Assembly: GCA_964035545.1 (NCBI GenBank)
Contig: OZ037766.1
Span: forward strand, 20,324,767 to 20,388,766
Reading direction: 5' to 3'
From: Bugula neritina
Lineage: Eukaryota > Animalia > Bryozoa
Length of the DNA stretch: 64,000 nucleotides
Shown one piece after another: positions 53,101 through 64,000 of this stretch. The stretch's first letter is position 1. Each line of letters starts with the position of its first letter. The notes under the pieces were generated by a model. That model saw only the letters and a list, made by a program, of their open reading frames with translations, searched no databases and was not told the origin of the DNA. The translations under genes and the position numbers were made by a program.

Positions 53101-53424
53101 ATAGAGTGTTTCTGAGACAGGAACCCGTGAGGTTTAAGTTTAAAATCTTTATGATCTGAATAATTTAGGAATGACGAGTTGGAGTATCAACAGAAGATTG
53201 AGAGATTTGTGAGTGTGTAACCTGTAGATAATTTAATATTTGATACAAACATGGCTTTTACTACAACAGTTTTCATTTTATGTAAAGACAAGTTTTCAGA
53301 AACTGATGCTTACCTGATTGAAAAAAGATATTACGCCGAAATGATGGAAAACCCCGAGGAAGTAGGATGCAATTCCAATAATGCTAATACCCATATAGCC
53401 AAGTAGCAGAACAACGCTGTTCAT
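50168..53424 (-). CDS. ZDHHC4: DHHC palmitoyltransferase, ZDHHC4-like; terminal exon(s) unresolved
   Basis: Phase-compatible exons 53314-53424, 52835-52884, 52123-52439, 50884-51128 and 50168-50315. Motifs [45 protein letters not shown] and NKTTNE. Confidence 0.88.
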
Positions 53425-55862
53425 GGTCAGGCAGAGACAATTCCTTCAACATTAACCTTCAAAATATTCAATTCTTTTTCAATTCACATAAATAGTTACT
53501 AATTTAAAAAAATATATAAACATATTCCTGTACATAAAATGCAGTTGTGAATGCATCAACAAAAAGTCAATATGACAATATACTGGCAATTTTACCCTAA
53601 ATTTATCACTTTTTCGGTATTTTGCATACTATTCTAGTATCTATATGGCACATAATATAGTTTGTTGTAATTAAAAGCTATACCTCCTTTTACTATTTTT
53701 TGAGCAAATAAGTATTAATTTTTATCTATTTTATCTATTTACTCAAACAACTGTAATATACTAACTATAGTGTCAATCTCTTGAACTTGTAAGAAAGAGG
53801 AATGGATGGCATAGAATTATGAGCAAAAGCTGAAATTGATGCATGCACAATTTAACCTTAAATTTTGACAATTATCCTTAAGATACAGAATTTTGAGTAA
53901 CTTTTTTGAGACTTTAATGTAATGCTGTGGTAATCATAATTCTTTTCAAAAACTTGACTTAAGCTAGTCTCAAATTAATTAGGGAAAAAAAATTATGAGG
54001 CTTTTAAAACTTATCCTTGGTTAGTTAGGAATAAAGTTTGAAGTTGACACTTGAATGAAATGACTTTCAAATAAAGCCTTTCAACTAAGTCAAAGTTGAG
54101 TGGTTAATGAAACGACTAATTCTATTTCTATGCTCAGTTTTTATTTTCACACCCCCCCCCCCCCCGACTTTTATTCCTTTATTTAGACACAAGTCTTGCT
54201 AGTAATACAGAAGAAGATTATCAATGTACTATATTGGATAGTATTACATAGTGCTCTGTTTTGATAAAATCTGCAAAAGTAGCCCAACTCATGGGGTTAT
54301 TTTTTATTTTGCAGTCATTTAATGTTCAAGCACTCCATGGATGATTTAAATTTTTTCAGACTTCAATATCAAAGATGGAATGAAAAACATCAGTTGCACA
54401 TTTTCAAAATCCAGCAACTTTTGTGTGGCAACCACTGTTCCAATCTCCACATGCATAATTTAATTATAGCATACATAAAGCTTTATATATATATAAATTA
54501 TCTAGATAATTAATAGGTTTGATTTACCATTTGCATTATCATATAAATATATACATAATACATGTTCTTCAGCTTTCAGCTTCAGCTTTCATCACTTTTC
54601 GTGAAATAATAAAGTTTAAGTATATTTTATCTTAGTAATCTTACTGACAGTCTGATTTTATAGTTGAAACTGAAGTAGGGTACTTTGTGAAATCATCATA
54701 CTACAACAGCCTGTAAGCAGGCTGACAATTAAAGTAAGTTCCTGTGTGCTCTAAACTTTATTCAAGGCCATAACCTCACTTTAACTTTGACTAATTTTGA
54801 ATGAGATTGAATGACATACTCACTATCAATATCATACTCGTACTGATACTTTATTTCTCAGCATAAACAGCAAAATACACAAAATGATAAGCATTCTACA
54901 TTAAAAATTTTGTTAAAACACTTAAACTTAAAGTTAATCTTAATAATAATATTAATAATATTATACTTAAAGTTAATGATAATCTTAAAGTTATAGTATT
55001 AGTTGAACTTAATATTATACTCGTAACGTAACGATAGAGATGAAAATACAGATATCCATAACAATAACTATAATAGTATTAATAATATTAATTGGCAAAA
55101 TGAAAATGAAAATAAATTAATTATTAAATTTAACATTATGATTATTATAATTATTTATTATAAAAATTTGAATAAATAAATAAAATTAAAATTAATATTC
55201 AATTTCAACATTACTTGTACAAAAATTTTAAAGTCACTGGTGAAATTTTTAATCTGTTCAGAGTGCAAGATAATTTAAAATATTTATGAGCCGTTTAATA
55301 CGATTAGGCTCACTACTAATTAGCCATTGCCCATTACCCATTGGCATTAGCATATTTTAATTTTTCTATACAATTTGTATGAAGTTTTGGCGCTGATGTA
55401 TCACACAAAATTACCGCTACAAGGCTTTATGAGTATTAATCATTTTGCAGTAACATGTGTCGGACTATTTTTATTAGCCGCTAGTTCCCAATATTGCAAG
55501 CCCAATATTATAATGGTTGAAGAGGTCTATTCTAAGCCGGAAACACAATAAGAAAGTTGCGTCAGTCAGATCAATCTACATGTGGCTTGCAGATATTCTT
55601 GTAGTTATACTAATACTTGAGCTTTCACTGTACAGATTGAGATACTTCGCAACTATGCAGTTATAATATACAGAAAGCATATTAATAATCATTCACTAAA
55701 TCAATTTTTAAAAGTGTTTACAATATAATTATCATAAATAAATTTTTAACTCGCAGGTCTAAAAGTCAAAAAATTAAAAATAAAACAATTTTCATTTCAT
55801 TACTATCACTATGTTACTATCCGACTTAGAATAAGAATTAGTATTACTATTAGTATTACTAC

Positions 55863-56539
55863 CAGGGTTGGAGTCAATTACATGTAAATGTAATACTAAT
55901 TATTATATTTACATGAAAATTTGTCAATTACATTTAATGATTTATAATTACACTTCCAGTTAAAAAGTAATGTAATTAATTACAATTAGTGAATTACATG
56001 GCAATGTACTTGTAGTTAATTACAATTACATGGCAATGTAGTTGATTACAATTACATGGCCATGTAGTTATTTACTTATTACAATTACTTTTGTTATAAG
56101 GGATAAAATTAAATGGAAGTTATGCAATCTCACTTCTAGTTCGAAGGTCCAACCATTGAACTATAACATAACTATAAGTATAAGATTAAGTAGTTTAAGT
56201 GTATACTTATAGTTTCAGTTCAGTGGGTCCAACTACCAGGGGCAATTTTGACAGTGGTGAATTTTCTTTGTTCTCAGCAGTGATACTATACTTCATCGAC
56301 TTAATCGGAGCTTGTTATTTAACAGTAGGCATGGTAGAAAAAGCATGAAATTTTTAGGATTTAAAAGTTTGAAGTAATTTACATGTAATTACAAAGTAAT
56401 TGTAAAAATCAATTACATTAGATTGTAATTAATTACAATTACATTTTTATACATCAATTACAAATTTTGTTCAATTATTTCAAAAAATGTAATTAATTAC
56501 AACCAATTACAATTGCAAATTACAATTACCCCAACCCTG
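55863..56539. mobile_element. hAT-type MITE rich in ATTAC repeats, copy 2
   Basis: TIR CAGGGTTGGAGT / ACCCCAACCCTG; TSD ATTACTAC/ATAACTAC (7/8). Confidence 0.85.
56154..56225. mobile_element. 72-bp micro-MITE nested in the larger MITE
   Basis: CATTGAACTATAAC...GTTTCAGTTCAGTG with perfect TSD GGTCCAAC (56146-56153, 56226-56233); the paralogous site near 49694 has a single GGTCCAAC. Confidence 0.88.
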
Positions 56540-57046
56540 ATAACTACTACTAGTACTACTAGTATTACTATTACTATTAGTAGTAGTGCTAGTACTACTA
56601 CTACTAGTAGTAGTATTGCTTATACTATTACTATTTTTAGTAATAGAATTTTTAATCATTTCAAAATGAAAAATAAATTTTGTTTTTATTCTATAAATAT
56701 TGTTTAATTTTATTAATAATGATAGTATTATCAATAATGACAAGTTTTATTTATAATAATAAACTTGAAGTGAAAATAACTGAGTCTGAATGAAAATCTT
56801 AGATAAACTTTAAGGTTAAATTTTGTTGTGATTGTCATTATGAATTAGAATATGATTATCGTAATTATAATGTGAACCTAAATGGTAATCACAATCATAA
56901 TTTTAATGACAATTAAAATTATAATAATAATTATTGAAATCAAATATTAATATACTACTACTAGTACTAAGTCTAGTACTAGTACAGCTGTACTAGTAGT
57001 ACCTCTAGTCAGTAAGACTAAAAGTAATTCCAAGTCTAACAGTAAC

Positions 57047-57175
57047 TATCACTATTAGTACTACTATTAGTACTACTATTAGTACTACTATTAGTACTAC
57101 TATTAGTACTACTATTAGTACTACTATTGGTATTACTATTGGTATTACTATTGGTATTACTATTGGTATTGCTAT
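57047..57175. repeat. 12-bp minisatellite (ACTATTAGTACT grading into ACTATTGGTATT)
   Basis: About 10 tandem units visible directly. Confidence 0.9.
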
Positions 57176-58675
57176 TATTAATATGAATAAAAAGATTTTT
57201 ATTATAATCAAATTTAATATTATATTATTAATATTATTAAATTTAGCTATATATTGATAATGTTTATTATATTAAAAGTTTATATCTAATAATAATTCTT
57301 ATTTATTGTATGTATCATAATTATTGATATATTAATATAATTATTAAACTAACACACAGTCACACTTACACTGGCCCTGGGCCTGCACTAAAAGTAGAAG
57401 TATTATAATTATTAAATGTAATACTGATAGCTATTTAGTATAACTACAGTACAGATGAAGCAGGTGATCTGATCATCCTGGTAGAAAAATGGCAATATCT
57501 GTTTCAAAGGCCTGTGGTGGGCTAGTTCAGAAAGGAGCATGTGGCACCCTCAAGAGCAGAAACCGATAAACCAGCTTCCCAACTTATTAGTAATAGTACT
57601 ATAACAATTAATATTAAACTTGGTAGTATTATTACTAATGCTATTTACAGTTATTCTTAGTTGATATTATTAGTACTTTTGCTATTACTAGTAGTAGTAC
57701 TGGTGGTGAAAATTGCTATTAGCATTAGCATTTAAGTTTTCCAGTCAGTGCATTTGCTTACATTTAGTTTTACTAAACCATAGCTGAGTTGGAATTGAGC
57801 ACAGTCACTCAGTCTTAATGGTAATTTGCTAAGGTATACTCAGGATAGTGTGGATTTGATTCATTACTAAACTCAGATAGTGATACCTCATAGCCCAAAA
57901 AAGAAGAAAAACTGCTATTAAAAAAAGCAGTGACCATGAGTATGATTCAAGCCAACCTAAGTCTATGTGGCTTGTACATCCTACGGCTAATCGTAGAAAC
58001 AAATATTTGAATAATTGCTATTTTATTAAGACCTCAAAAATTCAAATTATGCATCTTTAAGGTTTTTTTAACGTATTTCTATACATTATAAAGATATCTG
58101 TTAGATTTACTCTTAGCATTTAGTTATATTTATTACTTTATAATTTTAGTTGTTGCAATTTTCAAATGCATTCGAAAAGCTGTTGTTATAAATGTTAAAA
58201 TCAAATTAAGTGATTCCAGATTATGACTTGCTCAATCATAATTAATTAGTCAAAGGTATATACTGAGCCTGTAGCAAACAATGATAATTCAGCATTTTCA
58301 AGTTGGTTCAAATCAGTTGTGCTGGCAAATAACATCATTTATGTTTAAGTAAATAATGCAATTCAACTCAAACTTTTTTGAATACTCATACTTATAGCTA
58401 TCCTGGAATTAACAAATCATTGAGCAGATATGATTATCATAAGCCTACAAATGCTTCTTGGCATGTAAAAACTCCTTTATAACTCTAGCAAATAAGAGGT
58501 ACAATTTTCTGTGCTGATTGAAATAAAAAAGAGGCATTGATATCAAACAATTCATTGAGTTAGTTTAATACCACTACTCAAGTCTTAAACCACTGCAAAA
58601 TTATTCTTGCACTGGTTTACATCTGTTATCCAATTTTATTTGATTAGTTTATTCTATTTCAGAAAGTAAGCAAAC

Positions 58676-61600
58676 ATGGCAAAATTATCATGCCGGTTTT
58701 ATCAACATAAGTTTCCTGAACAAGAAGATGTTGTTATGGTAAAAGTTCGGGATATAGCAGAAATGGGGGCCTATGTACATTTGCTGGAGTATAATAACAT
58801 TGAGGGCATGGTGCTGCTCAGTGAACTTTCTAGGAGGAGAATCAGATCTATAAATAAGCTCATCAGGATAGGGAGAGATGAATGTGTTGTTGTCATTAGA
58901 GTAGACAAAGACAAAGGTTGGTATTACTTAAACATGCACCCTCTTTTTTGAAAGAAATAGGGCCCAATTGTAATTTAAACAGGTTTTCACTTGTCACTCG
59001 GTCAAGTACAGACATAAATTATTTTAATCTGATTTAGGAGAGAGAATATTTTCTATGCTTGCAAATTTGATGTTAGTGAGCCTTTTTAAAGCAGTGTAAA
59101 GGTATATCAATGTGATAATGATGTAACAGTTTTATATAGTTTGGTTGCAGTTTTTCCTGACTATCTGGTAACTTATTTGTTCTTTACACAACTCTTTGCT
59201 AAAAGTTTGTTAAATATTGATGAATTTTTCGGCTTCAAAAGACATGGGGGTTCCAAATCTATTTCACAATTTACATAAATGCTAGCGTAGTGCCTTTTCA
59301 GGCACAGAAACTTTCTGTAAAGGCCAAAATTTAAAAAGAAAAGTAACTATAAAAACTTGATTCATCAAAATATAAACTAATAAGTATAAAATAAACGCAA
59401 TGTAAATAGAACATGTTTCAAGTTACCTACCAAATAGTTTTTATATTAAAATGGTTTTGCATTTTAACTATAAACCCGATATATTATCTTACTATTATAT
59501 TCATATTCGGATCTTCATTCATGTTTATATGCAGTGAAAATCCAACTAAACCAACAACTTATTTAGTTTACCATGGATGACTAATACATTTTTATTTTTG
59601 TTAGTTCAGTTGTATTTGATGTATTTCTTCTCAAATACCATTATCACTGCTATATCAAACCCTGTAATATGAGCATGGGCTAAGGCATCTCTTACACATT
59701 TTATTTCAATGACTTGTATTATATTTGACTTAGGAGCTTTTTGTGTTCATATGCTTGCAATATATAATGAATCAAATATAATATTTCAGGGTATATAGAT
59801 CTGTCTAAGAGAAGAGTCGGACAAGAAGATATTGTGAAATGTACAGAGAAATATTCTAATGCAAAGCATGTGAGTCAGTCATTTCATTATTGTGCTTCCA
59901 GCTACTATGCAAGTTGCAAGTGGTTCACCACTTGACTTCCAGTGTTTTCTCTCCCATTGCTATTTTCATGACTATTATAATGGTTGAACTACTTACTTAT
60001 TGCCCACAAATCAATATCAGTTCAGCTGCATCCAGTTCTTTGAGAGGTAATCTTTAGTTCCTACATTTTAGACTTTACTTCACCATTTTGAAAAATTCAA
60101 TCATTCATTACAAATAATTAATACACCTTTTGGCTGTGCTAGCAGTTTAAAATTGTAACTGAATTATTTAACAAAAGTACTGATATCCCAAGATGTATCT
60201 TGTTCCTTACTAGAACTGTTTTATTTTCTTGGTGGCATTGTACGTTTTTGTGAGGTGTCTAGTTTTTTCTCTTCAAGTTGTTTTGTGTTTTTCCATAAAC
60301 TCGGGTTGAACTGAGTTCAGGCTGGGCAGATGGGACTGCCTCCGACTGAGTGAGTTCAAACTTTGACCTATTTCACTCTGTTATGTTGATTCAGGTAAAC
60401 AGCATACTTAGACATGTTGCTGAACTGTTGGAGTACGAAAGCAATGAACAGCTGGAAGAATTGTACGAGAAGACAGCTTGGCACTTTGATAAAAAATATG
60501 GAAAGCCAGGAGCATCATTTGAGGCATTTAAGCACGCAGTCATGTAGGTTATCTATTTGGTTCTTCTCTTCAACATGGAAGTTGCCACTGTTGCTTAAAT
60601 AAAATAGTCTGCTCCATTAAATTGCTAAATTAGTGTAGAGCTTGCACACCATTGGGTGGCATAAAACTAGGCATGTTTTTGATGAAATAAATTTGGTCTG
60701 AAGTCAAAACCCATAGTTTCTGTTTTCAAAAACAAGTTCAACCTTCAACGTGGGCATGACTAGTTTCAGAGGCCTACAACAATGCTGTGATATGCCAAGT
60801 GTAATGGTGTATCTTTTAACCTTTGTGTAGAGAGCCAGAAATCTTGAATGAATGTGATATTGATGAGAAAACCAAGGAGGTTCTGCTGGCTGATATAAAA
60901 AGACGTCTCACTCCTCAAGCTGTGAAAATTAGAACAGGTATAAGAACGTGGTGTATTAGAGTGGTGGTGTGCAACCAGTTTGATGCAGTGCTAGACCAGT
61001 TTTGTGCAATACTAGACCAGTTATATACAGTGCTAGACCAGTTATATACAGTGTTAGACCAGTTCTATACAGTGCTAGACCAGTTCTATACAGTGCTAGA
61101 CCAGTTCTATACAGTGCTAGACCAGTTCTATACAGTGCTAGACCAGTTCTATACAGTGCTAGACCAGTTCTATACAGTGCTAGACCAGTTCTATACAGTG
61201 CTGGGCCAGCTCTATGCAGTGCTAGACCAGTTCTATACAGTGCTAGACCAGTTCTATACAGTGCTGGGCCAGCTCTATTCAGTGCTAGACTAGTTCTATA
61301 CAGTGCTAGACCAGTTCTATACAGTGCTAGACCAGTTCTATACACTGCTAGACCAGTTCTATACAGTGCTAAACCAGTTCTATACAGTGCTAGAGCAGTT
61401 CGATACAGTGCTAGACCAGTTCTATACAGTGCTAGACCAGTTCGATACTGTGCTAGACATATTCTACACAGTGCTGGACAAGTATTGGTCATGTGCCATT
61501 ATAATTGTTAGGCCAAATGTTGCCATTAGATAATACATATATTTTGCTGGCCCTCTGTACAGAATGAACATACCAACTATTCTAAGAGACCTGATTCAGC

Positions 61601-63326
61601 ACTTGTGGTGTCACCATCTTAAAATTAATGCAGTGTGTAACTAGCATATAATTTCTTGTGGAGGCTACCTGGTGGAATAGTGAAATTGGTAGTGTCATAT
61701 ATGCTACTTTGGTGAGAGTAGATTTTATGTAGATTTTTGCTCTTCTGTTTAAGATATAGAAGTTTCTTGCTACCATTACGAAGGTATAGATGCTGTGAAA
61801 GCAGCATTGAAGGCAGGTCTGGTTGTAAGCACTGAGGAGATGGCTGTTAAGGTAAGATATTCACCCAGGATGGTTAACCTTGCATTAGTGGCACTCATAT
61901 TTAACCTTAGTATTTATGGGCTCTTTGTTGATCAAATTTGCAATGTTGATCTCTAACCTTCCAGTGAAAATGTCTTGTAACTTCAGAAATCACTGATGAT
62001 TTCCTAAATATTCTATAACTGCCAGGTTAACATAAATTTAGTATTTGCTTATGTTCCTGGTAATGAAGAATGGTTTTAGTTGAGTGGTCATTTGTAGATT
62101 AACTTGATAGCTCCACCTACGTACGTCATGACTACTACCACTCTGGAGAGAGATGGCGGAATAGCTAAGCTGCAAGAAGCTAATGACTTGATAAAAGAGG
62201 CAATAGAAAAGTCTAAAGGCACTTTTAAAGTTAAGATGGAGGTTGGTGTCTTTTAATCAATTAGTAATTAAATTTATTTGGCCATTAATTCTACATTTCT
62301 TTGTGTAATGCCTTCAGCGGGTAAGATTATGCTTTTCATACTCTACCTAATATTCTCATATTAGGTAAAGCATAAAAAGTATTGAAATGGAATGTTGGAT
62401 AGTATTTGATAATTAGGGCAGACTGAATTTTAATTGAATTAAACTAAAAAGAAATAAATTTTGATAGTTTTTGGAGCTAACATTTTTAGCTTCTTTTTTG
62501 CAATAAATATTCAAATTTAACAATCAACTACAGGTTGTTAGCAACTGGCCGATTTTCCACATTCAAGTTAGTCAGCTATGTTGTGGATATGCATGTTTTT
62601 ATCAAATTTCTTATTATATTACTCCTTTCTTCATAGATTGGAAGCTGAATTAGTTTTTAGGAATCCTAATCCAGGTTATTTCAAAGATATATTATATGTC
62701 ATATTGTAGCTTGCTCAATAAAAGAAAAATTAGCAAAAACAGCAAACATTGGCGGCCAATTTCGTTTCGAAGTGTATTAGTTGTGCAGATTTAGAAGCTT
62801 GTTCAATATATAACTTGGTGCCGAGCTTGGTTGTGTTTTTATGGCTATCAATATATTGAAAATATCTGCAAACTAGCTAAGTCAAACATTACATCTACAT
62901 CCACATCTCCAAGACCTATGTTAATAGTTATTCTCTTTGACCCTATAAAAAGGATTTTGTAATTTTGATCTTTGTGGTAAAAATGCATTCACTAAAGAGC
63001 TCAATTATTGACTTACTAGTTGGAGATTTCAGTTTTATAAATCATTATTATAATAGAAACCTACAGTTACTACAACCAATAAGCTTTATAGATGTAAATT
63101 GGTTTATTTGAGTTCACAGTTCAATTGCTGGTCGATATTCTATTAGTAACTATTCTTATTTTTATATTAGCCAAGAGTTGTGTCAGATCTGGAGGATTTG
63201 GAGCTGAAGAGGCAGTTGGCTGAGCTTGAAGATGCCAATGAAGAGGTTGATGGGGATGACGATGATGAAAGTGAAGAGGAGAGTGGAGATGAAGAGGATG
63301 AAGGAGGTGTCGATGAGGCAGAGTAA
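58676..63326 (+). CDS. EIF2S1: Eukaryotic translation initiation factor 2 subunit alpha, 7 coding exons, 324 aa
   Basis: Exons 58676-58916, 59790-59869, 60395-60543, 60831-60937, 61754-61851, 62098-62241 and 63171-63326 (975 nt). Motifs ELSRRRIRS (Ser51 site), [29 protein letters not shown] and an acidic tail. Confidence 0.98.
60965..61480 (+). repeat. 21-bp minisatellite CAGTGCTAGACCAGTTCTATA, about 24 copies, in an EIF2S1 intron
   Basis: Homogeneous centre with diverged edges; explains four overlapping repetitive ORFs. Confidence 0.95.
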
Positions 63327-63399
63327 CTGCAAGATTTACTACTTTTGTTACAGTAATTTTAGGTTTTTACAAAATTGTTATTTGTATATGTTGATTATT

Positions 63400-63439
63400 A
63401 ATAAAGTAATGGCTGCTAATACTAAAAGAATGCTTTATT
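63400..63439. terminator. Opposed polyadenylation signals for EIF2S1 (+, AATAAA 63400-63405) and SNRNP40 (-, 63434-63439)
   Basis: Only canonical hexamer noticed on each strand between the two stop codons. Confidence 0.6.
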
Positions 63440-63577
63440 GCTATATATGTACAAATGTGTAAAAGCCAAACAATACATCTCACTATACAATATTATAGTA
63501 AAATACATATTAGTAGAATTCTCATGTTTCAACAATGACCTATGTGTTATTTACACCAGTAAACAAATCAGTACACA

Positions 63578-64000
63578 TCACTCAATCTCTCCCAGATAAA
63601 TCTGCTTATCGCTGGATCCTGACATGACTACAACAAAAAGTTCAGTTGAGTCTAGATTACTTGTGGACATAAATATTACTAGTCTCAATATAACTACCGA
63701 ATAATTTTTATAACAAAATTATCAAAAAATGAATTAGCAAGGGCCGAGATTTTAGTCAACAACAATGGTTATAATGAATTATACTTTCTAACAGCATTTG
63801 CTTGCCCTAGTAATAAATAAGAGAATGTAACTTACTAATAGGTTCTGTAGGGTGGAAGGCCACATCATTGACTGATCCCTCGTGGCCAGGTAATTTGTAC
63901 AACACCCTTCTAGAAGTAGTATCCCAAATGTAAACATATCTATCACCAGAACCAGCAGAAATCTTTGATCCATCTGGTGACCAGGCACACCGCAACAAAT
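63578..64000 (-). CDS. SNRNP40: U5 snRNP 40 kDa WD40 protein, last two exons
   Basis: Exon 63836->64000 (LLRCAWSPDGSKISAGSGDRYVYIWDTTSRRVLYKLPGHEGSVNDVAFHPTEPI) is spliced to 63578-63627 (IMSGSSDKQIYLGEIE*). Confidence 0.96.

Noticed and set aside
56507-57211. Ser/Thr-rich and (IVVL)n ORFs
   Set aside because: Translations of low-complexity repeats
60823-61533. Long repetitive ORFs on both strands; spaced-repeat or CRISPR-like appearance
   Set aside because: Pure head-to-tail 21-bp tandem repeat without spacers, inside a eukaryotic intron

Overview
AT-rich, intron-rich eukaryotic (invertebrate metazoan-type) genomic DNA, not prokaryotic. Five spliced host genes can be reconstructed by hand from GT-AG junctions. 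They are UCKL1 (minus, runs off the left end; probable start exon about 15 kb upstream at 19.9 kb), a DIRAS-family small GTPase (minus), a DHHC palmitoyltransferase (ZDHHC4-like, minus), EIF2S1/eIF2-alpha (plus, complete, 324 aa) and the 3' end of SNRNP40 (minus). The rest is dominated by decayed transposons: three Ty3/Gypsy remnants with recognisable 3' LTRs, RTE-type and REL-type non-LTR fragments, two piggyBac remnants, intron-containing hAT and MULE transposase remnants, Academ-like and Sola-like remnants, a tRNA-derived SINE, hAT-type MITEs and minisatellites. The most unusual signal is a family of extremely short (41-72 bp) TIR elements with perfect 8-bp target-site duplications. Two of the three copies lie in tracts full of 6-8 bp imperfect duplications that resemble hAT excision footprints, including the ZDHHC4/EIF2S1 divergent upstream region. 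All alignments and translations were done by eye; no database search was run.
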